A stretch of DNA of 64,000 nt from an uncultured Gammaproteobacteria bacterium. Lineage in GTDB: Bacteria > Patescibacteriota > Microgenomatia > UBA10105. The stretch is from positions 35,560 through 99,559 of the forward strand of contig CAYLWN010000001.1 of assembly GCA_964387625.1 (NCBI GenBank), read 5' to 3'. The position numbers and the translations under genes are program-made. The first letter of the stretch is position 1; the number at the start of each line of letters is the position of its first letter. The notes below the pieces were generated by a model that was given only the letters and a program-made list of their open reading frames with translations, ran no database searches and had not been told where the DNA came from. Of this stretch, positions 39,801 through 48,974 are shown one piece after another.

Positions 39801-40910
39801 TTATTCAGTTGATTTAGAATAAAATTTATTTATAATATGAGTTATATATTTTATTTGAGTGGTTTTAAGATCAATAAATGTGGGAAGATTAATTCCTTGT
39901 TGAAACAACATTTGAGATACAGGAAAATGTTTATTAGATTTATACATAGGAAATTTGGTAATCGGGTAAAAAAACGGTCTGGAATCGATGCTGTTTTGTT
40001 TTAAATATTTAATCAGAGAATTACGTTTAATTTTTCCTCCTGATTTTAGAAGACAGGAAAAAAGCCAACAAACAGATTGGATGTCTTTATTAATTGGTTG
40101 GAATTGAATATTTGGTATTTTTGTAAGTTCCTTACGATATTTTGTGCTTATTTCATTTCTTATTTTAATAAACTTATTCATTTTTTTAAGCTGTGCTATT
40201 CCAATTGCAGCTTGTATATTGGTCATTCGATAGTTATATCCGATAATAGGATGATAATATTTTTTTATCGGTGACATACCGTGATTTTTCAGCAATTTAA
40301 TTTTTTCAGCCAGTTGTTTACTATGTGTAATCAGCATTCCACCTTCACCGGTAGTAATTATTTTATTACCATAAAAACTAAAACAGCCTATATCACCAAA
40401 GGTACCTACATATTTATTGTAATATTTTGCCCCATGAGCCTCAGCAGCATCTTCTACAACATATAATTTATATTTTTTAGCCAAGGACATAATTGGATTC
40501 ATGTCAGCGGGGTATCCGTATAAATGTACCGGCATAATGGCTTTAGTTTTTTTTGTAATAGCTTTTTCAATAAGTTTAGGGTCGATATTCCATGTGTTGG
40601 GATCCACATCTATAAAAATGGGTTTTGCTCCCACATATTTAATAGCATTTGCTGTAGCAACAAATGTTAGAGCTGGTAGAATAACTTCATCACCGGGTCC
40701 TATATTTAAAGCCAAAAGAGCTAAATGAAGAGCGATAGTGCCATTGGAACAACTAATTGCATGTGGTATATGAAAGTACTTTGCGAATTCATTTTCAAAA
40801 GTGTTGATATATTTTCCCGCAGAAGAAATCCATGTACTTTTTATGCAAAAAGTTGCAAGTTTTAATTCTTCTTTTCCTAAACTGGGTTGGGCAACAGGAA
40901 TAAATTTCAT
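39801..40910 (-). CDS. DegT/ArnB/PglE-like PLP-dependent sugar aminotransferase
   Basis: 'IPVAQPSLGKEELK', 'SFYGNKIITTGEGG' with the PLP Lys, 'GYNYRMTNIQAAIG'. Confidence 0.7.
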   Translation of the reverse strand: MKFIPVAQPSLGKEELKLATFCIKSTWISSAGKYINTFENEFAKYFHIPHAISCSNGTIALHLALLALNIGPGDEVILPALTFVATANAIKYVGAKPIFIDVDPNTWNIDPKLIEKAITKKTKAIMPVHLYGYPADMNPIMSLAKKYKLYVVEDAAEAHGAKYYNKYVGTFGDIGCFSFYGNKIITTGEGGMLITHSKQLAEKIKLLKNHGMSPIKKYYHPIIGYNYRMTNIQAAIGIAQLKKMNKFIKIRNEISTKYRKELTKIPNIQFQPINKDIQSVCWLFSCLLKSGGKIKRNSLIKYLKQNSIDSRPFFYPITKFPMYKSNKHFPVSQMLFQQGINLPTFIDLKTTQIKYITHIINKFYSKSTE

Positions 40911-41503
40911 AGTTTCTTAATTTTTAATAAATTATAGCTATATTTGTTCCAAACACGATCATATATAGAAAACGATGCATAAAACTTACCACCGGTTGAT
41001 TTATAAAATTCATTTGCAGGAAAGTTTGATGATAACGTACCTACTTTTAAATGTTTAATATTTATATTAATAAGTTTTTTTTTCAGTTGTGATATTAATT
41101 TATTACCGATTCCCATGCGACGATGATGTTTATCGATTGCCAGAATTAATATTTCAGATGAAATTCCATCAGAGCAATTTCCATAGAAAATTGTTTGCCA
41201 AATATTTATTATAGTTTTTGGAGATATGATAATTTTTTTTAATATAAATGGTAAAAATTTCCAAAATCCTTCAACAAGAGCTTTTTTCATAGTTATTTTT
41301 GTATTGGTAGTTGCTAATATAAAACCAACTAATTCATTTTTGTCATAATATCCTAAATTTATGATCTCGGATTGATTTATTAATTGTGCATGTAAGTTTT
41401 TTAGAAATCTCAGCCCAAATCCGGGAAGAAAATCATTAGTCATTCCTTCATAATGAATCTTAGCAGAAGATATAAGATCACCTTGTTTTAAATTTTTTAT
41501 CAT
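40907..41503 (-). CDS. GNAT family N-acetyltransferase
   Basis: 'LAIDKHHRRMGIGNKLI' is acetyl-CoA-binding motif A (R/Q-x-x-G-x-G/A). Confidence 0.5.
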   Translation of the reverse strand: MIKNLKQGDLISSAKIHYEGMTNDFLPGFGLRFLKNLHAQLINQSEIINLGYYDKNELVGFILATTNTKITMKKALVEGFWKFLPFILKKIIISPKTIINIWQTIFYGNCSDGISSEILILAIDKHHRRMGIGNKLISQLKKKLININIKHLKVGTLSSNFPANEFYKSTGGKFYASFSIYDRVWNKYSYNLLKIKKL

Positions 41504-42456
41504 ATACGATTATTTTTATACCAATTAACAAATTTTTTTATTCCTTGACTAAATTTAGTTTTAGGTTTCCAGCTAATAATTTTTTTAGCTTTATCTATAT
41601 TAGCATAAGTTATTTTTGATTCCGCGCTTATTATTGGTTTATTTATGATAATTAATTTATTTTTAGTATATTTCTCTATATATAATATTAATTTATTTAA
41701 TGTAATAGGGTAAGAATTACCAATATTAAAAATATTAAAAGTCAAAGGTTTTTCAATGCATTTTATAATCGCCTGAACGATATCATCTATGTAGGTAAAA
41801 TCACGTGCAGAATTACCTGGTCCGTATTTAATTACTGGCTTATTGGAATAAGCTGCCTTTGTAAAGATATAAGGAGCCATATCTGGTCTACCATGAGGAC
41901 CATAAACTGAAAAAAATCTTAAAATAACGGTAGGTAGTTTATGTTTTTTATATAGTTTTATAATAATTTTTTCAGCAGTAAGTTTTGATTTAGCATACGG
42001 GGAATTAGGATGCAATTTGCCATTTTCTTTAAAAGGAATTTTAGATATATTTCCATATACACTGCTTGATGAAGAAAAGATAAATTTATTTATATGATTT
42101 TCTATAGATAATTTATATACATTTTTTGTACCATATATGTTGACGTATTCATACAATTTTGGATTGGTAATTGAATTTCTAACTCCAGTAAGAGCTGCTA
42201 AATGAATTACAACTTGGGGTTTATATTTTAGAAATACTTTTTTTAGCTCCAAATAATCGAGAATATCAATTTTTTTAAATTCAAAATTTGGATATTGAGA
42301 AAGAATTTTTAAATTATCTTTTTTGAGTTTTTGAGAATAATTATTGATTATATTATCTATGCCAATTACCAATTTGTATTTTTTGATTAATTCTTGAGAG
42401 GTATGATAACCAATAAATCCCAAAGCTCCGGTGATTAAGATAGTTTGTGGTTTCAT
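41500..42456 (-). CDS. NAD-dependent NDP-sugar epimerase/dehydratase (extended SDR, GalE-like)
   Basis: 'ILITGALGFIGYH', 'FSSSSSVYGN', 'PYAKSKLTAE' (YxxxK). Confidence 0.6.
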   Translation of the reverse strand: MKPQTILITGALGFIGYHTSQELIKKYKLVIGIDNIINNYSQKLKKDNLKILSQYPNFEFKKIDILDYLELKKVFLKYKPQVVIHLAALTGVRNSITNPKLYEYVNIYGTKNVYKLSIENHINKFIFSSSSSVYGNISKIPFKENGKLHPNSPYAKSKLTAEKIIIKLYKKHKLPTVILRFFSVYGPHGRPDMAPYIFTKAAYSNKPVIKYGPGNSARDFTYIDDIVQAIIKCIEKPLTFNIFNIGNSYPITLNKLILYIEKYTKNKLIIINKPIISAESKITYANIDKAKKIISWKPKTKFSQGIKKFVNWYKNNRI

Positions 42457-42554
42457 TTCTTATAGCAGTATGGGGCAAGTTTTAAAACTACAGCAATATA
42501 GATGTCCATGATTTTGTATAATATATCAATTACAACAACCTGTCTAATATTGCT

Positions 42555-43523
42555 ATGATAACTTTTTTTTCCATACCAAAATCAGATAAAAACAATTCTA
42601 ATATCATTCAAAAGAACTCAATCAATAGTTGGCTTAAATTAACAGATGATATTATTCTGTTTGAGGGAAAAAAGGAAATTAATAATTATCAAATCAGTGA
42701 TAATATAAAAATAATTTCTGGTATTAAAGAAAATAAGTATGGAACGCCTATTTTATCTGATGTCTTTAAAAAAGTGTACCAAAAAGCAAAATATCCAATT
42801 TTGGCATATGTAAATACAGATATAATATTATTTCCTGACTTTATCGATACAATAAAACAAATTTATTTTAAGAAATATCTATTGATTTCTAAAAGACAAA
42901 ATATTTTGTTAAAAAAACAAATATCTTTTCAAACTAATTATGTATCAAATTTGACTAAGACATTAAATCAACAAGGGAGAGAAGAACCTATTGGTAATTC
43001 TTCAGAGTTTTTTGTTTTCCCCAAAATCGTTAGGTTTCAAATGCCGAATTTTGCAGTGGGAAGATTATATTGGGACAGCTGGATAATTTATCGGGCCAAG
43101 CTATTAAGAGTTCCGATTATTGATGGGACCAAAACTATTCATTGTTTACATCAAATTCACGATTATGCTCATCATCCAAATGGTAAAGATGGAGTTTGGA
43201 ATGGACCGGAGGCAAATCTAAATTACAGGTTATCAGGTGGTGGAAAAACACGTTTTAAAGTAAATGATGCCGATTGGATAACTACGGAAAATGGAATAAT
43301 TAAGCCAAAAAATTCTATAAGAAGATATATTAGAACAATCAGGATAAAGGGAATAATTTACCCGAAATTAAATATTATTTTCTTTCCTTTATTTTTATTA
43401 TTGAATGTATGTTTTAAATTAATTATTTTAATGAAATTTTTATTATTTAAACGGGGTATTTTAAGTATAATTGATGCAATTAAACATCCGGAGGATATTG
43501 AGTATAAATTTAAAGAATTGTAA
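42555..43523 (+). CDS. hypothetical protein (soluble N-terminal domain and a C-terminal hydrophobic segment)
   Basis: 322 aa. No recognisable motif beyond a 'VNTDIILFPDF' DxD-like block. The C-terminal 'IIFFPLFLLLNVCFKLIILMKFLLF' segment is hydrophobic. Confidence 0.3.
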   Translation: MITFFSIPKSDKNNSNIIQKNSINSWLKLTDDIILFEGKKEINNYQISDNIKIISGIKENKYGTPILSDVFKKVYQKAKYPILAYVNTDIILFPDFIDTIKQIYFKKYLLISKRQNILLKKQISFQTNYVSNLTKTLNQQGREEPIGNSSEFFVFPKIVRFQMPNFAVGRLYWDSWIIYRAKLLRVPIIDGTKTIHCLHQIHDYAHHPNGKDGVWNGPEANLNYRLSGGGKTRFKVNDADWITTENGIIKPKNSIRRYIRTIRIKGIIYPKLNIIFFPLFLLLNVCFKLIILMKFLLFKRGILSIIDAIKHPEDIEYKFKEL

Positions 43524-43526
43524 TTT

Positions 43527-44543
43527 TTATCTTTCGGTGAGCCGGTGTTCAACAGTTTCTCGGACGATATTTCTATCATGAGTAGTAAAGTACCACTCAA
43601 TAGTTTTGTGTAAACCATTAAAAAATTTTACTTTCGGTTTCCAGCCTAGTAATTTATAAGCTAAAGAATTATCAGCGACACGATTTAAAGGCCCAATCGG
43701 CATATTTGGTTTAAATTTTATACGGGGATGAAATTTAGTATATTTACATATTTCCTGCACAGCATCGATAACTTTTATCCTTTCCATGGTTCCTAAATTT
43801 ACTGCCGTACCATCATGGAGTTTTTCAGCTGCCAAAATTGTGCCTTTGACAATATCGCCAACATATGTCCAATTACGTATCTGTTCGCCGTTGCCCCATA
43901 TTTCAAATGGATCTTGTTTGATAAAAGCTTTGGCGATCATGGCTATAACAGCATGATTTTCTAACCCACGTTCACCATAAACTGTAAAGTAACGGCAGGA
44001 AGCAGTTTTGATTCCCCATTCATGATAAAACGCTTTCAATGTCAACTCTCCCATAAGTTTCGCCCAACCGTACATATTGTCTGCATCAAATGGAGGTTTA
44101 ACTAAGTTTTCTTTTAAATAAAGATTTTTTTTAGGATTGGTTTGCAAAAAATTTGGGTAAACACAACCTGAAGAAGCAAAAACGATTTTTTCCACTCCTT
44201 GTTTTATAGCAGTTAAAAACACTGCTCCATCCAAAGTTAAATTGGTGCTGCAAGCTGCTTGATGTAAGTCTACATAACCTCGACCACCATGATCGCATGC
44301 TAAATGAAAGACGACATCAATATTGGAACACGCTTTTTTTGTTACAGCTGAATTCATTAAATCAGCCTGAATAAATTCTATGGCAGAATTTTTTATATGG
44401 CTTTTTAAATTATCTTTTTTTCCGGAGATTAAATTATCAACTACCCGAACCTTTGCTCCTAGTTTCACTAACGCATCGACCAAGTGAGAGCCAATAAAAG
44501 ATGCACCTCCTGTTATCAAGATACGGGTTTTTTTCCAGTTCAT
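43527..44543 (-). CDS. NAD-dependent NDP-sugar epimerase/dehydratase (extended SDR)
   Basis: 'ILITGGASFIGSHLV', 'FASSGCVYP', 'YGWAKLMGE' (YxxxK). ATGA-coupled to the upstream Ugd-like gene, which suggests a uronate 4-epimerase or related function. Confidence 0.55.
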   Translation of the reverse strand: MNWKKTRILITGGASFIGSHLVDALVKLGAKVRVVDNLISGKKDNLKSHIKNSAIEFIQADLMNSAVTKKACSNIDVVFHLACDHGGRGYVDLHQAACSTNLTLDGAVFLTAIKQGVEKIVFASSGCVYPNFLQTNPKKNLYLKENLVKPPFDADNMYGWAKLMGELTLKAFYHEWGIKTASCRYFTVYGERGLENHAVIAMIAKAFIKQDPFEIWGNGEQIRNWTYVGDIVKGTILAAEKLHDGTAVNLGTMERIKVIDAVQEICKYTKFHPRIKFKPNMPIGPLNRVADNSLAYKLLGWKPKVKFFNGLHKTIEWYFTTHDRNIVRETVEHRLTER

Positions 44544-45862
44544 ATTTTATTTAAACCGATTCCAATAGGATAATATTTTATATTATTGATGATATCAACA
44601 GATTTAATAATTCTCCAGCAATCAATAAGTATTGGTTTTCTTTTTTTATTTATTTGAATACTGTTTATTTCTTTAAAAGGAAGTGTTATTACAGATAAAG
44701 GATGATTGTCAATGCATTCCTTTATTGAATTAACATATTTTACTCTATTTCCAAATATTTTTTTAGCATTGTTTTCTGCTTGCGGATCATAAATAGTGAC
44801 GGGCCGTTTGTTTTTTATAAGTAATTGAGCTAATTTTAAACCAAGAGATTCATCAATAACATCAGTATTATTCCTATAAGCTATTCCTATAATTGCGATT
44901 TTATCTTTTGGTTTAACTTTTGAAATTATCAAATTATATATTCTTCTAAATTGATGTGAATTTATTTTGTCAGTAGCATAAGCTAAGGATATTTTTGTTT
45001 TGTAACGATTACCGGTATAAATTAATGCTTTATTATCTCGGGGAAAACAGGGACCACCATAACTTGGACCTCCTTTTAAATACTTATTTCCAATCCGTGA
45101 ATCATTGCCTAAGGCATGTGTTATGGTATCGATATTTGCTCCGGGAATTTTTTCACACAGTTCAGAAAGCATATTTGCATATGATATTTTAGTTGTGATA
45201 AATGTATTTAGGGCAATTTTTGTAATTTCTGCATTAACATGATTCATGGTGATAATTTTAGGATTATTTAAACAAATTTTATTATAAAAATTTGACATTA
45301 TTTTTGAGCTTTTTAAATCAGAAGAGCCAATTAATACGAAGTCGGGATTTAAAAAGTTACTGATTACATTTCCTAATGCTACAAAAGAAGGATTGTAGCA
45401 GATGCCAAAATCTTTACCGGATATCTTTCCCGAAGTTTTTTCTATAATTGGTAAAATGTCTTTTTGTAATGATCCAGGCATAACAGTGCTAACAATTGCA
45501 ACTACATGAAATTCTTTTTTTTGTTTAAGTGAAGCCCCTATTTTTTTTAATGCTGAAATTACAAAACTATTTGTGAAACCACCGCCTGGTAAACTAGGTG
45601 TGGGCACGATTATAAACGAGATGGATGATTTAATTATTGCGTCATTATAATCTAATGTTGCATGGATATTTTTTTTATATTTAATTAAATAATCTTTATA
45701 TAAGGGTTCATTTATGTGTGCTTTGCCTTGATTTACTGATTTTATATTATCATTATTTATATCGACACCTATAATTTTAAATCCTTGTTTGGCACAAGCT
45801 GCAGCGATTGGTGCACCAAGTTTACCTAAACCAAAAATTGATATTGTAGATTTTAAATACAT
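44540..45862 (-). CDS. UDP-glucose/UDP-GlcNAc 6-dehydrogenase family (Ugd/TviB/WecC-like)
   Basis: 'ISIFGLGKLGAPIAAACAKQGFKIIGVDIN' is the N-terminal NAD-binding domain. 'GGPCFPRD' carries the catalytic Cys, matching the GG.C.PKD signature. Confidence 0.65.
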   Translation of the reverse strand: MYLKSTISIFGLGKLGAPIAAACAKQGFKIIGVDINNDNIKSVNQGKAHINEPLYKDYLIKYKKNIHATLDYNDAIIKSSISFIIVPTPSLPGGGFTNSFVISALKKIGASLKQKKEFHVVAIVSTVMPGSLQKDILPIIEKTSGKISGKDFGICYNPSFVALGNVISNFLNPDFVLIGSSDLKSSKIMSNFYNKICLNNPKIITMNHVNAEITKIALNTFITTKISYANMLSELCEKIPGANIDTITHALGNDSRIGNKYLKGGPSYGGPCFPRDNKALIYTGNRYKTKISLAYATDKINSHQFRRIYNLIISKVKPKDKIAIIGIAYRNNTDVIDESLGLKLAQLLIKNKRPVTIYDPQAENNAKKIFGNRVKYVNSIKECIDNHPLSVITLPFKEINSIQINKKRKPILIDCWRIIKSVDIINNIKYYPIGIGLNKI

Positions 45863-45938
45863 TGTAAATTAATTGAAATCTATTAATACATTTTAAGATA
45901 ATACCATATTGTTATAACAATAACTTTAAAAGTTTTTT

Positions 45939-46769
45939 CTAATTTAATGGTATTGCTTTAATTAAAATATGCCAACCAAAATTTTTTTCTAACCATTTAA
46001 AAATTGATTTCGGAATTATTGTCCAATACCAAGTTTTTTGATAAATGTATTTACGGTATTTGTTAATGTTGTATGGAAAAATATGATCAATCCATATATT
46101 CGTGATACGAAAACCTTTTAATAATTCTTTTGCTTGCGGTATTGTATATACATAACTAACAGGAGATCCAATTGCTGCTTCTGAATATTTGCTTATAAGT
46201 TCATTTATCCTCCAGAATGCAGCATTTCCATATTTTAAAATAATCCAGAAAACCTTCCATGAATATTTATGATAAAGCATTATCCGAAGTTCAGTTTTTG
46301 GATACGTATACTTTTTTAATTCTTTTATCACGTTTTTTGGATTAGGCGTGTGATGTATAACTCCAAAAGAATAAATTAAATCATAGGGTTTTATTGGAAC
46401 TGTCTTAGACAGTTGTTCTGCGTTAGCGTGATAGAATTTTATTCTTTTTGTAAGAACAAATATTTGAGAACGTTTTTTGGCAATAGAAATTGATGATTTT
46501 GAAACATCGACCGCAGTTACAAAAGCTCCCGCTCTTGCAAAATTTATCGTATCAGTTCCAATTCCACAACCAATTTCTAATACTTCTTTATTTTTCCATT
46601 TTGCAAACTGAGTAAATTGTGGAATATGCGGTTCAACAAAATATTTCCTTTTTTCTATTTCATTGAAATATTTTTTTGTACCAAATATTGATTTTGAGTG
46701 TTTGATATTACAAGGATGTTTATTCCAAAACTTAGATACAATATTTATAGAAACTGTTTTATAGTTCAT
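45939..46769 (-). CDS. class I SAM-dependent methyltransferase
   Basis: 'VLEIGCGIGTDTINFARAGAFVTAVDVS' is motif I. Confidence 0.55.
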   Translation of the reverse strand: MNYKTVSINIVSKFWNKHPCNIKHSKSIFGTKKYFNEIEKRKYFVEPHIPQFTQFAKWKNKEVLEIGCGIGTDTINFARAGAFVTAVDVSKSSISIAKKRSQIFVLTKRIKFYHANAEQLSKTVPIKPYDLIYSFGVIHHTPNPKNVIKELKKYTYPKTELRIMLYHKYSWKVFWIILKYGNAAFWRINELISKYSEAAIGSPVSYVYTIPQAKELLKGFRITNIWIDHIFPYNINKYRKYIYQKTWYWTIIPKSIFKWLEKNFGWHILIKAIPLN

Positions 46770-47701
46770 TTATTAAATAATAATTTTAATGTAAGCAATG
46801 GAGAATCCATAAAAATATTGATCACTCTTTTGATATTTACTAATGAAGGATAGTGTAAAACACTCTGGATAAGCATTTTGAGTGCTAATAAATTTTTTTC
46901 ATTTATTGCTTGTTGTGCTGTCCAGAAACTTAGTCCACTATATGCTTTATATTTAAGAAAGGGAATCATTTTATATTTAGTATATCTATTTAGAGCTTTA
47001 TCAATCACGATTTTTTTTGCCTTATAAAATCTCATAGCATATCTTTGTGCATGTGAATCATTGTGAGAATATGCTCGATATTTTGATATAACACCAGGAA
47101 TATGTTTCATAGAGAATTTAGAGGCGATTCTGATCCACATTTCAAAATCAGGGCAAGTATCAAGGTTTTTATCAGCATAAAAACCTACTTTTTTAAAATA
47201 TTTTGTTTGTATGAAAGCAGCCTGTGCGGGAGGTACTAGTTCTACACAAAATAGTTTTTTTAAATCATATTGATCTGAAGTTGCGATTTTAATGAGTTTC
47301 CCATTTTTGTCTATGAGGTACACATCTCCATAAATCACTGCATAATCAGGAAAAAGTGAAAAGTTTGTTATAGCCCAAGCACATGCATATGGTAATAATT
47401 CATCATCAGCATTTAAAATTAAAAGGTAATCTCCTTTTGCTTGTTGAATAGCCTTATTTAATCCGTCTGATTGTCCAATATCTTTTTGTGAAGAAATTTT
47501 TATTCTATTAATATATTTTTGTTTTCGATATTTTTTTAAAATTGCCTGAGTATTATCTGTTGATTTTCCGTCATGGATAATATGTTCTACATAGGGATAA
47601 TCTTGATGCAAAACACTTTGAATACATCCGTCTAAAAATTGACCCATATTATAGGTTGGGGTGATGATAGAAATCAGTGGATGATTCTTTGAATAAGTCA
47701 T
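46766..47701 (-). CDS. GT2 family glycosyltransferase
   Basis: 'ISIITPTYNMGQFLDGCIQSVLHQDY', 'HDGKSTDNT', 'LNADDEL'. Paralog of the N-terminal domain of 50195..51826. Confidence 0.65.
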   Translation of the reverse strand: MTYSKNHPLISIITPTYNMGQFLDGCIQSVLHQDYPYVEHIIHDGKSTDNTQAILKKYRKQKYINRIKISSQKDIGQSDGLNKAIQQAKGDYLLILNADDELLPYACAWAITNFSLFPDYAVIYGDVYLIDKNGKLIKIATSDQYDLKKLFCVELVPPAQAAFIQTKYFKKVGFYADKNLDTCPDFEMWIRIASKFSMKHIPGVISKYRAYSHNDSHAQRYAMRFYKAKKIVIDKALNRYTKYKMIPFLKYKAYSGLSFWTAQQAINEKNLLALKMLIQSVLHYPSLVNIKRVINIFMDSPLLTLKLLFNK

Positions 47702-47715
47702 ATTTGTTTATATCT

Positions 47716-48921
47716 CTATATCTTAGTTATAATTAAGGAGCCGCTAAATCCAGAAAAAAATTTTCTGTAATTTTTAATATTTTTAAAATACTCATCAATT
47801 GCATATCTGGCACCAATGCATTGAACATGTCCATAATCCTCAAATAAAATTATTCCTCCCTTTGATAATCTGGGAAAAATTTTTTCGGTTACTAACTTAA
47901 CTGCCCGATAAGAGTCACAATCGACATTTACAAACGAAAAGTGGTTAATTAATAATTTGTCAATCGTATCAAAAAAATCTCCTTTTATTAAAGATACATT
48001 TTTGTATGAAGAAAACATTTTCTTGATACTTATAAAATTTACTTTATGTGTATTACTCCAAAATCTGTCAATACCTAGACGTTCATAAGGAAATTGTTTA
48101 TATGTATCACATAAGAATATTTTTTTATTTATATTTAATCTGCGTACAATCTCACTAATTACTAATCCGGAATGACCTCGATATGTACCAAATTCAGCGA
48201 TTTCACCCTGAACATTTTTAGTTTGTATTAAAGCTTGGTATAAATCTAGTACGTCTTCTAAAGGACATTTAACCTCACATTTTGCTAAGCTATATCTATA
48301 TATATCAAAAACAAGTTTATCATCGAAAACACTAGAAATATAATTTAATGAAGGTGGGTATTGGGTAGGTAGACTCACTTTATAAATTAAATTACGATAT
48401 TTTGTTTTTAAATTTGCTGTTAATATTTTTATCAATTTATATATTGATGAATTGTCATCATAACATAAAACGATATTATCAATTTGATTTTTCTCTTTTT
48501 GATTAAATAACTTTTTTAAAATATATTTTGATAAATCAGATAATGAATTTGATTTTAATGATTGTGCACTAAGTCTTAAAAGTCTAATTGATGCTTTATC
48601 TGATTTGGAGAATGTAGAATATAAATTTGTTATATTTTTACCAGGCCCTATTAAAATGGTAAGTTTATTTGATAAATATTTCTTTATTTCTGATGAAATA
48701 AAAACCAGCCATTGCTGATAAGTAAAACTCGAATTCCATTGATTAATCTTATATTTATCACTCCACAAGTAGAAATATTTATTAGCAGTGTTTTTGATAT
48801 AAGTGATCAAATGTGATTTAATAATTCTCCAATTTAGAAAATCATGTTTAAGTGAATAAATGTTAAATTTTGTTGCTGTTAATTTTAAATAAATTATATA
48901 ATCGATAATATCAGTTAACAT
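47716..48921 (-). CDS. TylF/MycF-family sugar O-methyltransferase domain fused to an N-terminal domain of about 230 aa of unknown function
   Basis: The C-terminal 'GEIAEFGTYRGHSG', 'VDCDSYRA' and 'FEDYG' blocks match the macrocin-O-methyltransferase (Methyltransf_24) metal and SAM motifs. I chose the ATG at 48921, preceded by GGAGA, over the track's GTG at 48942. Confidence 0.45.
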   Translation of the reverse strand: MLTDIIDYIIYLKLTATKFNIYSLKHDFLNWRIIKSHLITYIKNTANKYFYLWSDKYKINQWNSSFTYQQWLVFISSEIKKYLSNKLTILIGPGKNITNLYSTFSKSDKASIRLLRLSAQSLKSNSLSDLSKYILKKLFNQKEKNQIDNIVLCYDDNSSIYKLIKILTANLKTKYRNLIYKVSLPTQYPPSLNYISSVFDDKLVFDIYRYSLAKCEVKCPLEDVLDLYQALIQTKNVQGEIAEFGTYRGHSGLVISEIVRRLNINKKIFLCDTYKQFPYERLGIDRFWSNTHKVNFISIKKMFSSYKNVSLIKGDFFDTIDKLLINHFSFVNVDCDSYRAVKLVTEKIFPRLSKGGIILFEDYGHVQCIGARYAIDEYFKNIKNYRKFFSGFSGSLIITKI

Positions 48922-48974
48922 AAAATAATTTTCTCCGGACACTTAAAAAAATTAAATTAGATAGACGTTATCTT

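Noticed and set aside
44540-45862. Assigning the dehydrogenase specifically as UDP-glucose 6-dehydrogenase (ugd).
   Set aside because: Ugd, TviB/WbpA (UDP-GlcNAc) and WecC (UDP-ManNAc) dehydrogenases share the same motifs. Substrate cannot be resolved by eye, so only the family was called.
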